Of a DNA stretch of 64,000 nt, positions 63,313-64,000 are shown one piece after another. Under the pieces are notes generated by a model. It searched no databases. It was not told where the DNA came from and saw only the letters and a program-made list of their open reading frames with translations. How positions within the stretch are numbered: the first letter of the stretch is position 1; each line of letters starts with the position of its first letter. A program made the translations under genes and the position numbers. Source of the DNA: a virus (lineage: Duplodnaviria > Caudoviricetes); IMG/VR virus record IMGVR_UViG_3300021387_000688; one strand, written 5' to 3'.

Positions 63313-64000
63313 ATGAAAAAACTCAGGGAAGACTCTTTAGAAGACTATTCAAGTGAACTTAGTGATGTTTATCATTTTGCAAAAGCAAAACATGACGCGA
63401 CTGGAGCTATTAGAAAAAATTCTGGTCTTCCATACTTCGTTCATCCTGAAATGGTAGCTGAAGTAGTAGCGGCTTATGGGGGTACAGATGCCCAAATCGA
63501 AGCTGCTTTACTTCACGATACTGTAGAAGATACGGATACCACTGCAGAAGAACTAGAACGACTATACGGTCCAGAAGTTGCACAAATTGTAGAAGAAATC
63601 ACAAATTACAAGCCAGATGTTGAATATTATGGAAAGGAAGATTATATCAACCACGAGTTGGTAGAACTTTCAGATGAAGCACTTTTAGTTAAAGTTGCAG
63701 ATTGTGTTTGCAATTATTTGGATAGTCCAAAGCCAGGTCAAGCAGAAAGGTTAGTTAGAAACTTAAAATATTTAATTGAGTTTAGACCTAATTTGCCTGA
63801 CGGGGTTAGAAGATTACTTAAAAGTATTCCTCCATTGAACGATGTATATGATTTAGACAAAGATGAATTTGATGAACCTTACATTGATGATGAAGAAGGA
63901 TACCAAAGAATCGTAGCTTCCAAAAAGATGCCTAAAAATAAAATAAAAGAAGGTTATGCGGATATGACAGAAACCTTTGAAGAATTTGTTGCATCTAAAA
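63313..64000 (+). CDS. Partial RelA/SpoT-type HD hydrolase (Mesh1/SAH-like)
   Basis: AKAKH...RKNSGLPYFVHP...AALLHDTVEDT...VKVAD; runs off window. Confidence 0.85.
   Translation, partial: MKKLREDSLEDYSSELSDVYHFAKAKHDATGAIRKNSGLPYFVHPEMVAEVVAAYGGTDAQIEAALLHDTVEDTDTTAEELERLYGPEVAQIVEEITNYKPDVEYYGKEDYINHELVELSDEALLVKVADCVCNYLDSPKPGQAERLVRNLKYLIEFRPNLPDGVRRLLKSIPPLNDVYDLDKDEFDEPYIDDEEGYQRIVASKKMPKNKIKEGYADMTETFEEFVASK

Noticed and set aside
1-64000. CRISPR array, tRNA or rRNA genes, transposase, integrase
   Set aside because: None recognised by eye; divergent tRNAs could have been missed.

Overview
This is an AT-rich, densely packed 64 kb segment of a large (jumbo-like) tailed phage genome. No bacterial housekeeping operons are present. 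Host-derived genes (a FliM/FliN-like switch protein and a STAS anti-anti-sigma factor with a C-terminal zinc ribbon) resemble spirochaete proteins as I recall them, so a Treponema-like host is inferred. Recognisable content: terminase large subunit, two large virion proteins, a sigma-like protein, a clamp-like protein, a UvsY-like protein, the C-terminal half only of an NAD-dependent ligase, ThyX, QueC, radical SAM enzymes, many nucleotide hydrolases (MazG-like, Nudix, HD, CYTH, macro, two metallophosphoesterases), HNH and GIY-YIG homing endonucleases, and a complete tmRNA. Most notable: (1) a metallophosphoesterase gene interrupted by a 12-nt insert (His codon, TAA stop in a hairpin loop, matching His codon) beside a divergent HNH gene, which looks like a minimal ribosome-bypass/homing-endonuclease cassette; (2) a chimeric FliM-FliN flagellar switch protein that keeps the CheY-binding peptide but appears to lack the FliG-binding GGxG motif; (3) two promoter classes with many apparently leaderless genes; (4) an unassigned structured RNA downstream of the tmRNA/GIY-YIG locus. 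All assignments come from motif recognition by eye, with no database searches.
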